A stretch of 10,807 bases of DNA, from positions 1 through 10,807 of the forward strand of contig JAYTHP010000173.1 of the NCBI GenBank assembly GCA_043732485.1. The letters run 5' to 3'. Positions within the stretch are counted from its first letter, which is position 1. Each line of letters starts with the position of its first letter. The DNA comes from Oligoflexia bacterium (GTDB lineage Bacteria; Bdellovibrionota; UBA1018). This document shows, one piece after another, positions 1 to 7,435 of this stretch. The notes under the pieces were generated by a model. That model saw nothing but the letters and a program-made list of their open reading frames with translations, did no database searches and was not told the origin of the DNA. The position numbers were made by a program, and so were the translations under genes.

Positions 1-118
1 AATTGTACTGTTGGGCAAAACTAAGGCTTGCCCAACAAGCGAATCACGCATTATTTCTACAACCGCTTGAAAAACTTTCTTGACAACCTCGATTGGATGT
101 GTCATTTCTACTCACCCC

Positions 119-1621
119 ATGAAAAATACAACCACCGCCTCCACTCACTTTACTACCAAAGTTTTTCAGTCGCTCTGCCAAGCTCTCTGCCAGCCTGGCA
201 AGCCCTTGCAGGGAGACAGCGCTCAAGGGGATGCAGCGACTCTCACTGCCAAAGTACCTGAAAATCTTGCGTCCATCGTCTCAAACAACTGCAAGCACAC
301 TGCTCTAGGCAATCTGCTGAAGCGGTTATTGCACGGTTTAAGAAAGGCGGTCGTAGCCATGCCATCATTGCCATTGTCATCGTCTTTGCCATCAACAGAA
401 CCCACAATAACAGCAAGGTCATTCACGCTGACTTCAGCCCCAAAGGCTTTGCTTGCAACCCTCAGTTTGACCCTTTTAGCGGTCGTTAGTCCCTCCCGCA
501 GTGCCCAAGCTGAAGGCTCAATCAGCGTCAGAGACGATTTAATCCGCATCAAGTCCCAGTTTTCTGAGATCCCAGGCATGCTCCACTGCGGCGATTTGCT
601 TGTTACCCTTGCTTCAGGTTCTTTCAGCAAGTTTCAGTTTGCTAGACTCTTTAAAACTAACGGGGCGAGGTCTTTTCCGCAGCTAAATCACAGCTTTTCA
701 AGAATTCTCCCTTCTCCCCACCTACCGACCGCTGCAGTCACCGAGAGCAGCGCGGCAGAGTGGGGGCAACTAGCACCAAGACGACCGAGCTGCCCTGCTG
801 GGCCGGCAATGGAACTCCTGTTGCTTAACCCTCTCGAATACGCCCTAAAATTTAGTCGCTCCGAAAACACGCTCACGCTTTTGCTTGAGCATTTTGAAAA
901 AAAAATCGCCAAGGAGTTTGTGACCCCAGGCTCGGCACATAATCTCGAACTGAGGCGGAGAAACTTTTACCGCTTCTGGACCGCCGAGTTTCGTCAGCCC
1001 CATCGGTACTCCCAGCTCTTAGCGCTCTTAAGTCCTCAAGCTAGCCATGCTCGGGCGCGCTCGCTCTTTTTTCAAAGAGGGGCCTTACACCTCACTCGTT
1101 TGTTGATCCTTGAGCAGTTGCAGTCCTACTCACTCTTAGACCGGGAACAGCTTTTTGAGTTGCACACCCACGCTGATTTCAGCAAAACGCTGGAAGAGGG
1201 CAACCTCATCCACGAAGTGGCCCAAGGCGTGATTAAGAGTTTTAACGGGTTTTCGCAACCGCAAGCAGAACGCTGGCTTAACCAATATTTAAGCTTTTAC
1301 TTTGAACTGGCCGTCAGTCCCCGGGTGCAAGAACCACTGATTGCCGCTGCTGCCAAAATGGCGCAACCGGCCCTTGCCTGCGCAGCCTTGCAAACCTTCG
1401 CGCACAAGCCTGAGCAAAAAACCTGGATGCTCGGGATGATCGAAGCAGCGGCCTACGAGATCAAGGATCAAGCCCGCGAAAATCAGACCCTGAACCGCCT
1501 CTTACCCATAGACCTGCTGGAGCGCCCGGACATGAACCCCCACGCAGGTGGCCGCGACGACGACTCCCCTTTCCCCTTGCTCTCAGATTTGCGAGTTTTT
1601 GGTATCAATGAAATGCCCTGA
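119..1621 (+). CDS. Hypothetical protein, probably exported or membrane-anchored, Leu/Ala-rich helical C-terminal region
   Basis: Open frame 80..1621 (513 codons). Start uncertain: ATG 119, or ATG 359 preceded by SD-like AAAGGCGG. Signal-peptide-like segment KALLATLSLTLLAVVSPSRSAQA|EG favours the later start. No family motif recognised. Confidence 0.7.
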   Translation: MKNTTTASTHFTTKVFQSLCQALCQPGKPLQGDSAQGDAATLTAKVPENLASIVSNNCKHTALGNLLKRLLHGLRKAVVAMPSLPLSSSLPSTEPTITARSFTLTSAPKALLATLSLTLLAVVSPSRSAQAEGSISVRDDLIRIKSQFSEIPGMLHCGDLLVTLASGSFSKFQFARLFKTNGARSFPQLNHSFSRILPSPHLPTAAVTESSAAEWGQLAPRRPSCPAGPAMELLLLNPLEYALKFSRSENTLTLLLEHFEKKIAKEFVTPGSAHNLELRRRNFYRFWTAEFRQPHRYSQLLALLSPQASHARARSLFFQRGALHLTRLLILEQLQSYSLLDREQLFELHTHADFSKTLEEGNLIHEVAQGVIKSFNGFSQPQAERWLNQYLSFYFELAVSPRVQEPLIAAAAKMAQPALACAALQTFAHKPEQKTWMLGMIEAAAYEIKDQARENQTLNRLLPIDLLERPDMNPHAGGRDDDSPFPLLSDLRVFGINEMP

Positions 1622-1734
1622 CAGAATGCGGGAAAAGAGTGCGAGAAACATGCCGTGACCGACCCAACACAACTAAGAGTGTGTCGCACGCCGCTTTCGC
1701 ACTTCTCTGCGCTCTTTGAGGCAGTTCAGGAAAC

Positions 1735-1768
1735 GTCAGGCCGCCACCGTGGACGCCGACTTTTTTTT
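1735..1768 (+). terminator. Putative intrinsic terminator downstream of the first ORF
   Basis: Imperfect GC-rich hairpin GTCaGGCcgCCA-ccg-TGGacGCCGAC followed directly by T8 (1761-1768), in the gap between convergent genes. Confidence 0.5.
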
Positions 1769-1816
1769 GAGAAAAAAGTGATCAGACTCCCCACTAAACC
1801 GAACTCACTGAATGAC

Positions 1817-2833
1817 CTAAAGGTCGGCCATGAGCAGCGCCCAGACTCGGTGCCGGGGACTAGCATTAAGCAAGACGCGGATCATCCCTAAGATCGGGAT
1901 CGCCACTAACATCCCGCCAATGCCCCACAAGAGATGCCCTGCAAATAGCCCTAAAAAAGTGAACAGCAAGTTCAAATTGAGTGAGCGCCCGAGGAATTTT
2001 GGTGTTAAAAAGTGCCCCTCAATGCTCGAAACGAGATACAAGAGCCCGTACAAAACCAGCAACGAGCCTGACTCCACCCCTGCTGCCAGGCCCGTGATCA
2101 TCGGCGGTGCTGCGGCGATAAAAAAGCCCACCGCCGGCACAAAGGTACTCGCGCCTAACAACACGCTAAACAGCGAGACATACTGCGAGCCGCACCCTTT
2201 TAAGATAATCGCATCCGTTACGGTGACCCAAACTGCAATAGCCATGCGGGTGAACAAAAACTTCTTCACTAAGGTGATCATTTGCTCCAGCACTTCGGCG
2301 TCGGGAAACAAAGCGTGCGCGGCTTTCTTGAAGTTCTTGCGCACCATCAAAATCAGGATCGAAAAGAGCAACACCAAGATAAACTCGGCGCCCCCTGAGG
2401 CCACCATCTTAAAACCTTCAAAAAGGGTGGTAAAAATCTTGCCTGAGTCCTCCGAGAGAAACACCGTCAGACTCTCGATGTCCAGCGAAGGGGTGAGGTT
2501 AAAAAACTGGGCAAAACTCGATTGATTGAGCTGACTCAGCAGCGACTTTAAGGCCTGCATGATGGCAGGAAAGTTGCGCACCAGCACGGTTGCTTCATGC
2601 ACCATCAAGCCTGCGGCCGCAAAAACCGGTAAAAAGAGTAAAAGCGCGCTTGCTAAAATGGCCACCCACTCAGGCACCTTCTTCGATTCTAGGAAGTTCA
2701 CCACAGGCGAGATCACAAAAGCCAGCAGCCCTGCGAGCAAAACAGGCACTAAAAAAGGGGAAGCCTCCCGTAAGCCCCAGACAATAACGACCCAACTGGC
2801 CCAAATCAGCGACTGTGGAATGGAATAACGCAT
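1817..2833 (-). CDS. AI-2E family transporter (PerM/UPF0118)
   Basis: ~340-aa multi-pass hydrophobic protein with family-typical segments PFLVPVLLAGLLAFVISPVVNFLE, IEGHFLTPKFLGRSLNLN and LWGIGGMLVAIP. Start ATG 2833 (or GTG 2848). Confidence 0.9.
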   Translation of the reverse strand: MRYSIPQSLIWASWVVIVWGLREASPFLVPVLLAGLLAFVISPVVNFLESKKVPEWVAILASALLLFLPVFAAAGLMVHEATVLVRNFPAIMQALKSLLSQLNQSSFAQFFNLTPSLDIESLTVFLSEDSGKIFTTLFEGFKMVASGGAEFILVLLFSILILMVRKNFKKAAHALFPDAEVLEQMITLVKKFLFTRMAIAVWVTVTDAIILKGCGSQYVSLFSVLLGASTFVPAVGFFIAAAPPMITGLAAGVESGSLLVLYGLLYLVSSIEGHFLTPKFLGRSLNLNLLFTFLGLFAGHLLWGIGGMLVAIPILGMIRVLLNASPRHRVWALLMADL

Positions 2834-2894
2834 AGCTTTTACTGCCACCTTTTTTCTTTCAAGAAGACCCCAAAAAACCCTTGTTTGTCTAGTA

Positions 2895-2923
2895 TCGATA
2901 AAATGTGCTTCTAGCTTTAAAAT
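2895..2923 (+). promoter_or_regulatory. Putative sigma70-type promoter for the 2964-5739 operon
   Basis: TCGATA (2895-2900), 17-bp spacer, TAAAAT (2918-2923), in the AT-rich divergent intergenic region, 40 nt before ATG 2964. Confidence 0.45.
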
Positions 2924-2963
2924 AACTAGCTGAAAGTTAAAAATTTGCTAACATCAGGGCTAT

Positions 2964-3371
2964 ATGAAGAAAAAAACCTCCGCCGCCGTCGCCGCTGCCA
3001 CCAAAAAGAAGAAGCCCGCCACCAAGCAAGCTGCCCCAAAACCCAAAAAAACCGTGAAAGCGCCTATCAAAAAACTTTTTGCCAGGGAAATCAGGCTCAA
3101 CTTGATTGACGACCTGTTGGACGAGATTTTTCATCTTTGTTGCCATGAGGTGGCCGAAGTAGGAGTGGCGCGCGATGCGATGTCACAAATTTTAAGCGCT
3201 GCTCTCACCGTCAGCAATCAACTGAAGCGCGAGTCCCAAAAGAAAGTCGCGCCTCACGCCCTCCACGTCAGCTCGCACCTCGCTTTGCACTGTGCGTGCA
3301 AGCAAGCTGCCCATCAGGAGCTGATTGTTCCGCTCCCTGAAGACGCTTGCTCCTCCGACGACGAGCATTAA
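2964..3371 (+). CDS. Small protein with histone-like Lys/Ala/Pro-rich N-terminal tail and His/Cys-rich helical domain (possible histone fold)
   Basis: 135 aa; 14 Lys in the first 37 residues; then amphipathic helices. Stop is 10 nt before the next ATG. The CDS itself is well supported, the fold call is tentative. Confidence 0.75.
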   Translation: MKKKTSAAVAAATKKKKPATKQAAPKPKKTVKAPIKKLFAREIRLNLIDDLLDEIFHLCCHEVAEVGVARDAMSQILSAALTVSNQLKRESQKKVAPHALHVSSHLALHCACKQAAHQELIVPLPEDACSSDDEH

Positions 3372-3381
3372 GCGTAAAACG

Positions 3382-5739
3382 ATGAAAGTCCTGATCATTG
3401 GAGCAGGAGCGGTAGGAGCGGTCTACGCCCACTTTTTGCAAAAAGGTGGAGCGGAAGTAGCCTTCTGGGTGAAACCGCATCAAGTCGACACCCTTTCGCA
3501 CGGGCTTACTTTGAAAAACCTGCGCCAGTTGCAGCGCCCAGTGGAGCGCCTGCAGCAGACCACCGCACTCTACAGTCAGCTCGCCGAGGTGCAGGGACAG
3601 GCGTGGGACTTCCTGGTCCTGGCGATTGCTTTTTCTGACCTCAAGACGGCTGCAGACTTGCGGGAGCTTTTTCTAGCCCTCACGCCTCGTGCCACCCCGG
3701 TGAGCTTATGCCTTGGGCTAGAAGACCGGGAGTCTTTGTTCCCGGTAAGCGACGCTTGGATCCACGGGATGGTGCCTTTTGTCAGCTTTAAGAGCCAAGA
3801 CAACGACGGCGACACTCCCTCTCCTCAAACCCTGCAAGCCGCAAAGGCTTCCGCTTGTTTTCATTTTTGGATCCCCCCCTTAGCGCAGGCTTTTTTTAGC
3901 ATGGCAGGCCTCCCCCACTCCGCGCAGCAAAGGGCGGCAAAAGCGTGGGTCCACTGCCTGCGCCAGGGTGGCTTTCCTGCAAGGCTCACCGCACAAGACG
4001 TCAGACACAAGGTGGTGATCCCCAACGCGGTGTTACTAGCGCTGGTGCTGACGCTTGAGCACGAGGGATGGCAACTCAAACCCGCGCTCACAGGCTTGCC
4101 GCTTGCGCGCATGGCACAAGCGGCGCGAGAAATTCTGCTGCTCACAGCCCGCAAAAGTCAAATGAAGCACTTTTGGCCTGGATTGCTGCAGCCTGTGCTC
4201 CTTAAGGGGCTCTTGCGCTTACTGTGTAGACCCTTGCTGGGTTTTCACTGGCTGGGGTTTGATTTTGAGGGGTTTTTAGTCAGCCATTTCACCAAAATTC
4301 GCAAGCAAACCCATCAAGAACTGGCAAGCTTGCTGCACTACGGCAAAACCCAAGGCATCGCAACCCCTGCCTTGCAAGGATTTTACCAGCCACTCCGGCC
4401 AGCCCGCCTCCTTGCCATGTGGGGCGAGCCAACCCACCCCACCGTGGAATTGCAAGAAGACGGCCAAGTCTTGCAACTCCACGTCAGTGCGAGGCGGACA
4501 ACAACCCTCCCGCAGCCAGGTGACTGGGTGGCTTTTTCCCTGAACCGCGCAGGCCAAGTGCAGGAGCTTGCGCAGCTAGCAAGGTGCGGTGCAGCCTGGA
4601 ACCCTGCAGATCCGGTCTTTTATGCGAGAAAAACAGCGACGGCGCACTTGAGTCGTTACGAGCGCCTCACTTCACGCGCCCGGCTGCTGCAATCCTTGCG
4701 CCAAACCCTGGAGCAAGACGGTTTCTTGGAAATAGAGCCTAAGACTTTAATCACCCATCCGGTGGTAGATCAGGCGATTGAATCTTTAGTCTGCGGAAGT
4801 CAGTTTTTACTCACCTCCTCTGAGTTTCAAATCAAACGCCTGATGATTGCAGGGTTTCCCCGGGTGTTTAGCTTGGCGAAGAATTTTCGTGCGGAAGGAG
4901 AAGATGCCTGGCACACGCAAGAGTTCACCATGCTGGAGTGGGCCAGGAGCTGGAGTAGCTTAGCGGACATTGAGCGCGACGCCCAGCGGCTGATCCAAGA
5001 CGCTTTTTTGAAGCTCTACCCCCTGCCTCCTGCCGGTTCACGTTCGTCTCCCGTCCCTTTCAGCTACCGCGGTCAGAGGCTGGATCTGATGGCAGCCGAT
5101 TGGCCGCGCCTGACGGTCAGTGAAAGTTTTGAAAAATACCTGAACTTTCCACCCTTGTCTGACTTTGAGATCCCCACGCTGCTTGCAGCTTGCAGCCAAG
5201 CAGGTTTGAACGTTCCTGAGCAGTTGATCCGCAGCACGCCGCAAGCGCCTATTGCATCCTTAAACGCACCCTTAAACGCACCCTTAAACGCACCCCTAGA
5301 CCCCCTCACCGACCAGCGCGGACTGCTCGTGTCCTACCTGCTCGATCAAGTCCAGCCTCACTTAGGCTTCCCACAGCCCGTGTTTCTCACCGAATGGCCG
5401 GCTTTTTTAACCTCATCTGCCCCCACCCTGAAAAACCGCCCGCTCTTAGCCTCCCGCAGCGAGTGTTACCTGGCAGGCGTTGAGATTGCCGATGGTTTCC
5501 CGTTCTTAACGGATCCGCACCAGCAAAAAGAGCTCTGGTTGCATGAAAACCAGCTGCGGCTTGCCCACCAGCAAGCCTGCGTGACCTTAGATCAACGCTA
5601 CCTGGAGGATCTCGCCCAAGGCTTACCCGAAGGTGCCGGCATGGCTTTAGGGGTCGATCGCCTGTTGATGATTTTGACGGATAGCGACGACATTGCCAAC
5701 GTCCAAAGTTTTTCCTCCCTCAACAGCGGTGAAATCTAA
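3382..5739 (+). CDS. Fusion protein: ketopantoate reductase (PanE/ApbA)-like oxidoreductase + OB-like linker + EpmA/GenX-like (LysRS paralogue) class II ligase
   Basis: N-terminus MKVLIIGAGAVGAVYAHFL (Rossmann GxGxxG, PanE type). The C-terminal ~360 aa carry EpmA-type motifs: RARLLQSLR..GFLEIE (motif 1), LLTSSEFQIKRL, KNFRAE..H.QEFTMLEW (motif 2), PVFLTEWP, GVEIADGF, GLPEGAGMALGVDRLLM (motif 3). One uninterrupted frame; ATG 3382 follows the upstream stop. Confidence 0.88.
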   Translation: MKVLIIGAGAVGAVYAHFLQKGGAEVAFWVKPHQVDTLSHGLTLKNLRQLQRPVERLQQTTALYSQLAEVQGQAWDFLVLAIAFSDLKTAADLRELFLALTPRATPVSLCLGLEDRESLFPVSDAWIHGMVPFVSFKSQDNDGDTPSPQTLQAAKASACFHFWIPPLAQAFFSMAGLPHSAQQRAAKAWVHCLRQGGFPARLTAQDVRHKVVIPNAVLLALVLTLEHEGWQLKPALTGLPLARMAQAAREILLLTARKSQMKHFWPGLLQPVLLKGLLRLLCRPLLGFHWLGFDFEGFLVSHFTKIRKQTHQELASLLHYGKTQGIATPALQGFYQPLRPARLLAMWGEPTHPTVELQEDGQVLQLHVSARRTTTLPQPGDWVAFSLNRAGQVQELAQLARCGAAWNPADPVFYARKTATAHLSRYERLTSRARLLQSLRQTLEQDGFLEIEPKTLITHPVVDQAIESLVCGSQFLLTSSEFQIKRLMIAGFPRVFSLAKNFRAEGEDAWHTQEFTMLEWARSWSSLADIERDAQRLIQDAFLKLYPLPPAGSRSSPVPFSYRGQRLDLMAADWPRLTVSESFEKYLNFPPLSDFEIPTLLAACSQAGLNVPEQLIRSTPQAPIASLNAPLNAPLNAPLDPLTDQRGLLVSYLLDQVQPHLGFPQPVFLTEWPAFLTSSAPTLKNRPLLASRSECYLAGVEIADGFPFLTDPHQQKELWLHENQLRLAHQQACVTLDQRYLEDLAQGLPEGAGMALGVDRLLMILTDSDDIANVQSFSSLNSGEI
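5258..5293 (+). repeat. In-frame 12-bp tandem repeat (CCTTAAACGCAC)x3 encoding LNAP x3
   Basis: Three perfect copies read directly, with a degenerate fourth (CCCTAGACCCCC) following. Confidence 0.95.
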
Positions 5740-6635
5740 AAGCGAGCGCTGCGTGCTTGCACGCCAGACGCAAACACCCGGTTCACCTTACCCTGCAGCA
5801 GGTGCTGAGCGCGTAGCTTTAGGCCAAAGCGCCCTGCAATCCGGTCGCCATCCTCAGAGACACTGCAGCAAACCAGGTTGACTCCAACTCTACCGCCACG
5901 CCTAGCCGCCTTCACCTTCTCTTGCTCCGCTTGGACTTGCGCTAGTTGCGCTGCAAAGTGGCGCATGAAGGCGCAAGAGAGGGCCGTTTTCCTCAAGGGG
6001 CCGACTAAGCTGTAATTAAACAGGTAGAGATGCAAATCGCGCCCCGGCTCCTTCCAAGCCTGCAGCTCCGGGCTATGGGGCCGCTGTTCCATGGGCGGCG
6101 GTAACGGCTGATGGTCGTGGGCGTGGTGATGACGCTGACGACGACGAGCTGAGGCGTCATCCCTCACCAGCCCGTCAAAGGTTTGTGCACTGATCGGAAA
6201 CCAGCCTGAATAACCCACCGGCATCCAGGCCCGGTGCTCGTTCCACGGTTCACGTATGCGGGCAAACCAGACGCTAAAGCCTTGCGGAAAATGCTGCAAC
6301 GCCCACAAGAGGCGAGCAAAGCTCACTTGATTCGAGGTCTCAGGGTAACTGGCGAGATCTGCCCAGTAACAAGCGCTGACCCACTTGCGAAACGCTTCAG
6401 ACGCACGCCCTCCTAACCCCGCGCCCGCACCCACTTGCTCTGTGAAACGCGCCCCTTCCCAGACGAAAAACGGACCCTCAACGGGCAGGCGATCTGGCAA
6501 CTCCCTCAAGCGCAACAAATTTGCCAAAAACTCTGTCCCCCGCGCTTCTTCGTGCCAGTCGGGTATCGCCTGTTGAATGGCCCGGAGACTTTCTAGCTCC
6601 CCCCACCCTTGAACCTCAAACCCCTCAAGACTCAT
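5736..6635 (-). CDS. Hypothetical protein with GNAT-like acyltransferase fold
   Basis: Open frame 5736..6773; start uncertain (ATG 6635, ATG 6716 or GTG 6773). Ordered GNAT-like elements: PVGYSGWFPI, LYLFNYSLVGPLRKTALSCAFMRHF (degenerate motif A), LVCCSVSEDGDRIAGRFGLK (motif B-like). Stop overlaps the stop of the fusion gene (5736-5739). Confidence 0.6.
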   Translation of the reverse strand: MSLEGFEVQGWGELESLRAIQQAIPDWHEEARGTEFLANLLRLRELPDRLPVEGPFFVWEGARFTEQVGAGAGLGGRASEAFRKWVSACYWADLASYPETSNQVSFARLLWALQHFPQGFSVWFARIREPWNEHRAWMPVGYSGWFPISAQTFDGLVRDDASARRRQRHHHAHDHQPLPPPMEQRPHSPELQAWKEPGRDLHLYLFNYSLVGPLRKTALSCAFMRHFAAQLAQVQAEQEKVKAARRGGRVGVNLVCCSVSEDGDRIAGRFGLKLRAQHLLQGKVNRVFASGVQARSARF

Positions 6636-6788
6636 CTTGCACCACGACTCAACCTTCCTCTCTCCTTGACTCTTTTGGACTCTCCTGGCCTCTCTCTTCT
6701 GGAGCGCGCAAATCATCAGGCACTCTCTCGTGCCAGGCGCGCTCAGCTCGATTGCCGAGTAAAACCCTGCCACGCAAGGCCCCGGAGT

Positions 6789-7163
6789 TTAATTACCGAG
6801 CTTTTTCAGCTCAGTTGCATGAATTTTTGCCTGATTCTCAAACCGACGCGCCTGAAAATACTGCCCTTGCCCTCTTGCCTCATGAGCCGCAGCCTTATTC
6901 TCGACGTAGGCGTCGGTGTGGAGCTGTGCTTTTTTCGAGTCCTGCTCACTCCATGCTTCTTGACTGCTTGACTGCCCGTTGGACAGGCGGCCGCTGGGTT
7001 GGGTTTCTGGCGCCACCGTCCTCGTCGCGCTTGCTTTGGCACCAAACCCGAACCTAGCGTGAGCCTCAGGCGGTAGCGCACCTGCCAGGAAAAAGAAAAC
7101 TACAGGCAAAGCGAACCATTGAACGGGGCGTTGCACGACGGGTAAGCTGGATGACATTAACAT
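6789..7163 (-). CDS. Small secreted hypothetical protein (124 aa)
   Basis: Strong SD AAGGAG 6 nt before ATG 7163; signal peptide WFALPVVFFFLAGALPPEAHA|RFG with A-x-A cleavage site; polar mature part. Confidence 0.75.
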   Translation of the reverse strand: MLMSSSLPVVQRPVQWFALPVVFFFLAGALPPEAHARFGFGAKASATRTVAPETQPSGRLSNGQSSSQEAWSEQDSKKAQLHTDAYVENKAAAHEARGQGQYFQARRFENQAKIHATELKKLGN

Positions 7164-7175
7164 AAAAAACTCCTT
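7164..7175 (-). promoter_or_regulatory. Shine-Dalgarno site of the small secreted protein
   Basis: Minus strand reads AAAAAAGGAGTTTTTT-ATG. Confidence 0.7.
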
Positions 7176-7412
7176 TTTTGTGGGATCCAAAATACACTTC
7201 TTACCCAACGCGCCCTTGTGGTGTTGGGATAAGGGGGAGCAACCACTGCTTTTCTTGCAAAAAAGGCAAAAAAAACATCTCTCTCTCTAGGCTCTACTGC
7301 TGCTGCTGCCGTTCTTTCATCTTACCGCACCTTGCTCCTTCCTGCCTAGCGGAGCTGTGTCGCGAAGGGCGTGTCAAAACCACCCCCCCCTTGCAGCCGA
7401 GTGCCACTCCCC

Positions 7413-7435
7413 ACGGCCCCCGGGCGCCGTTTTTT
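7413..7435 (+). terminator. Terminator-like hairpin with U-tract in the region upstream of the HDAC gene
   Basis: ACGGC (7413-7417) pairs with GCCGT (7426-7430), followed by TTTTT. The stem is short. Confidence 0.3.

Noticed and set aside
80..108. Sigma70 promoter from TTGACA at 80-85
   Set aside because: No convincing -10 hexamer at 16-18 bp spacing.
1830..2828. Plus-strand ORFs of 231 aa and 89 aa
   Set aside because: Antisense shadows of the well-supported AI-2E transporter; their Lys/Asn/Thr-rich content mirrors hydrophobic codons.
3325..3381. Upstream TTG start given for the fusion ORF
   Set aside because: It overlaps the previous gene; ATG 3382 begins exactly at the Rossmann strand MKVLIIGAG.
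5258..5305. Repeat considered as a CRISPR array
   Set aside because: 12-bp units, no spacers, in frame within a CDS, and no cas genes.
3382..5739. Assigning gene symbols epmA, lysS or panE
   Set aside because: Specificity residues differ from the canonical enzymes and the protein is a fusion, so orthology is unsupported.
6521..7057. Plus-strand ORFs of 178 aa and 120 aa
   Set aside because: They overlap two better-supported minus-strand genes and have no recognisable features.
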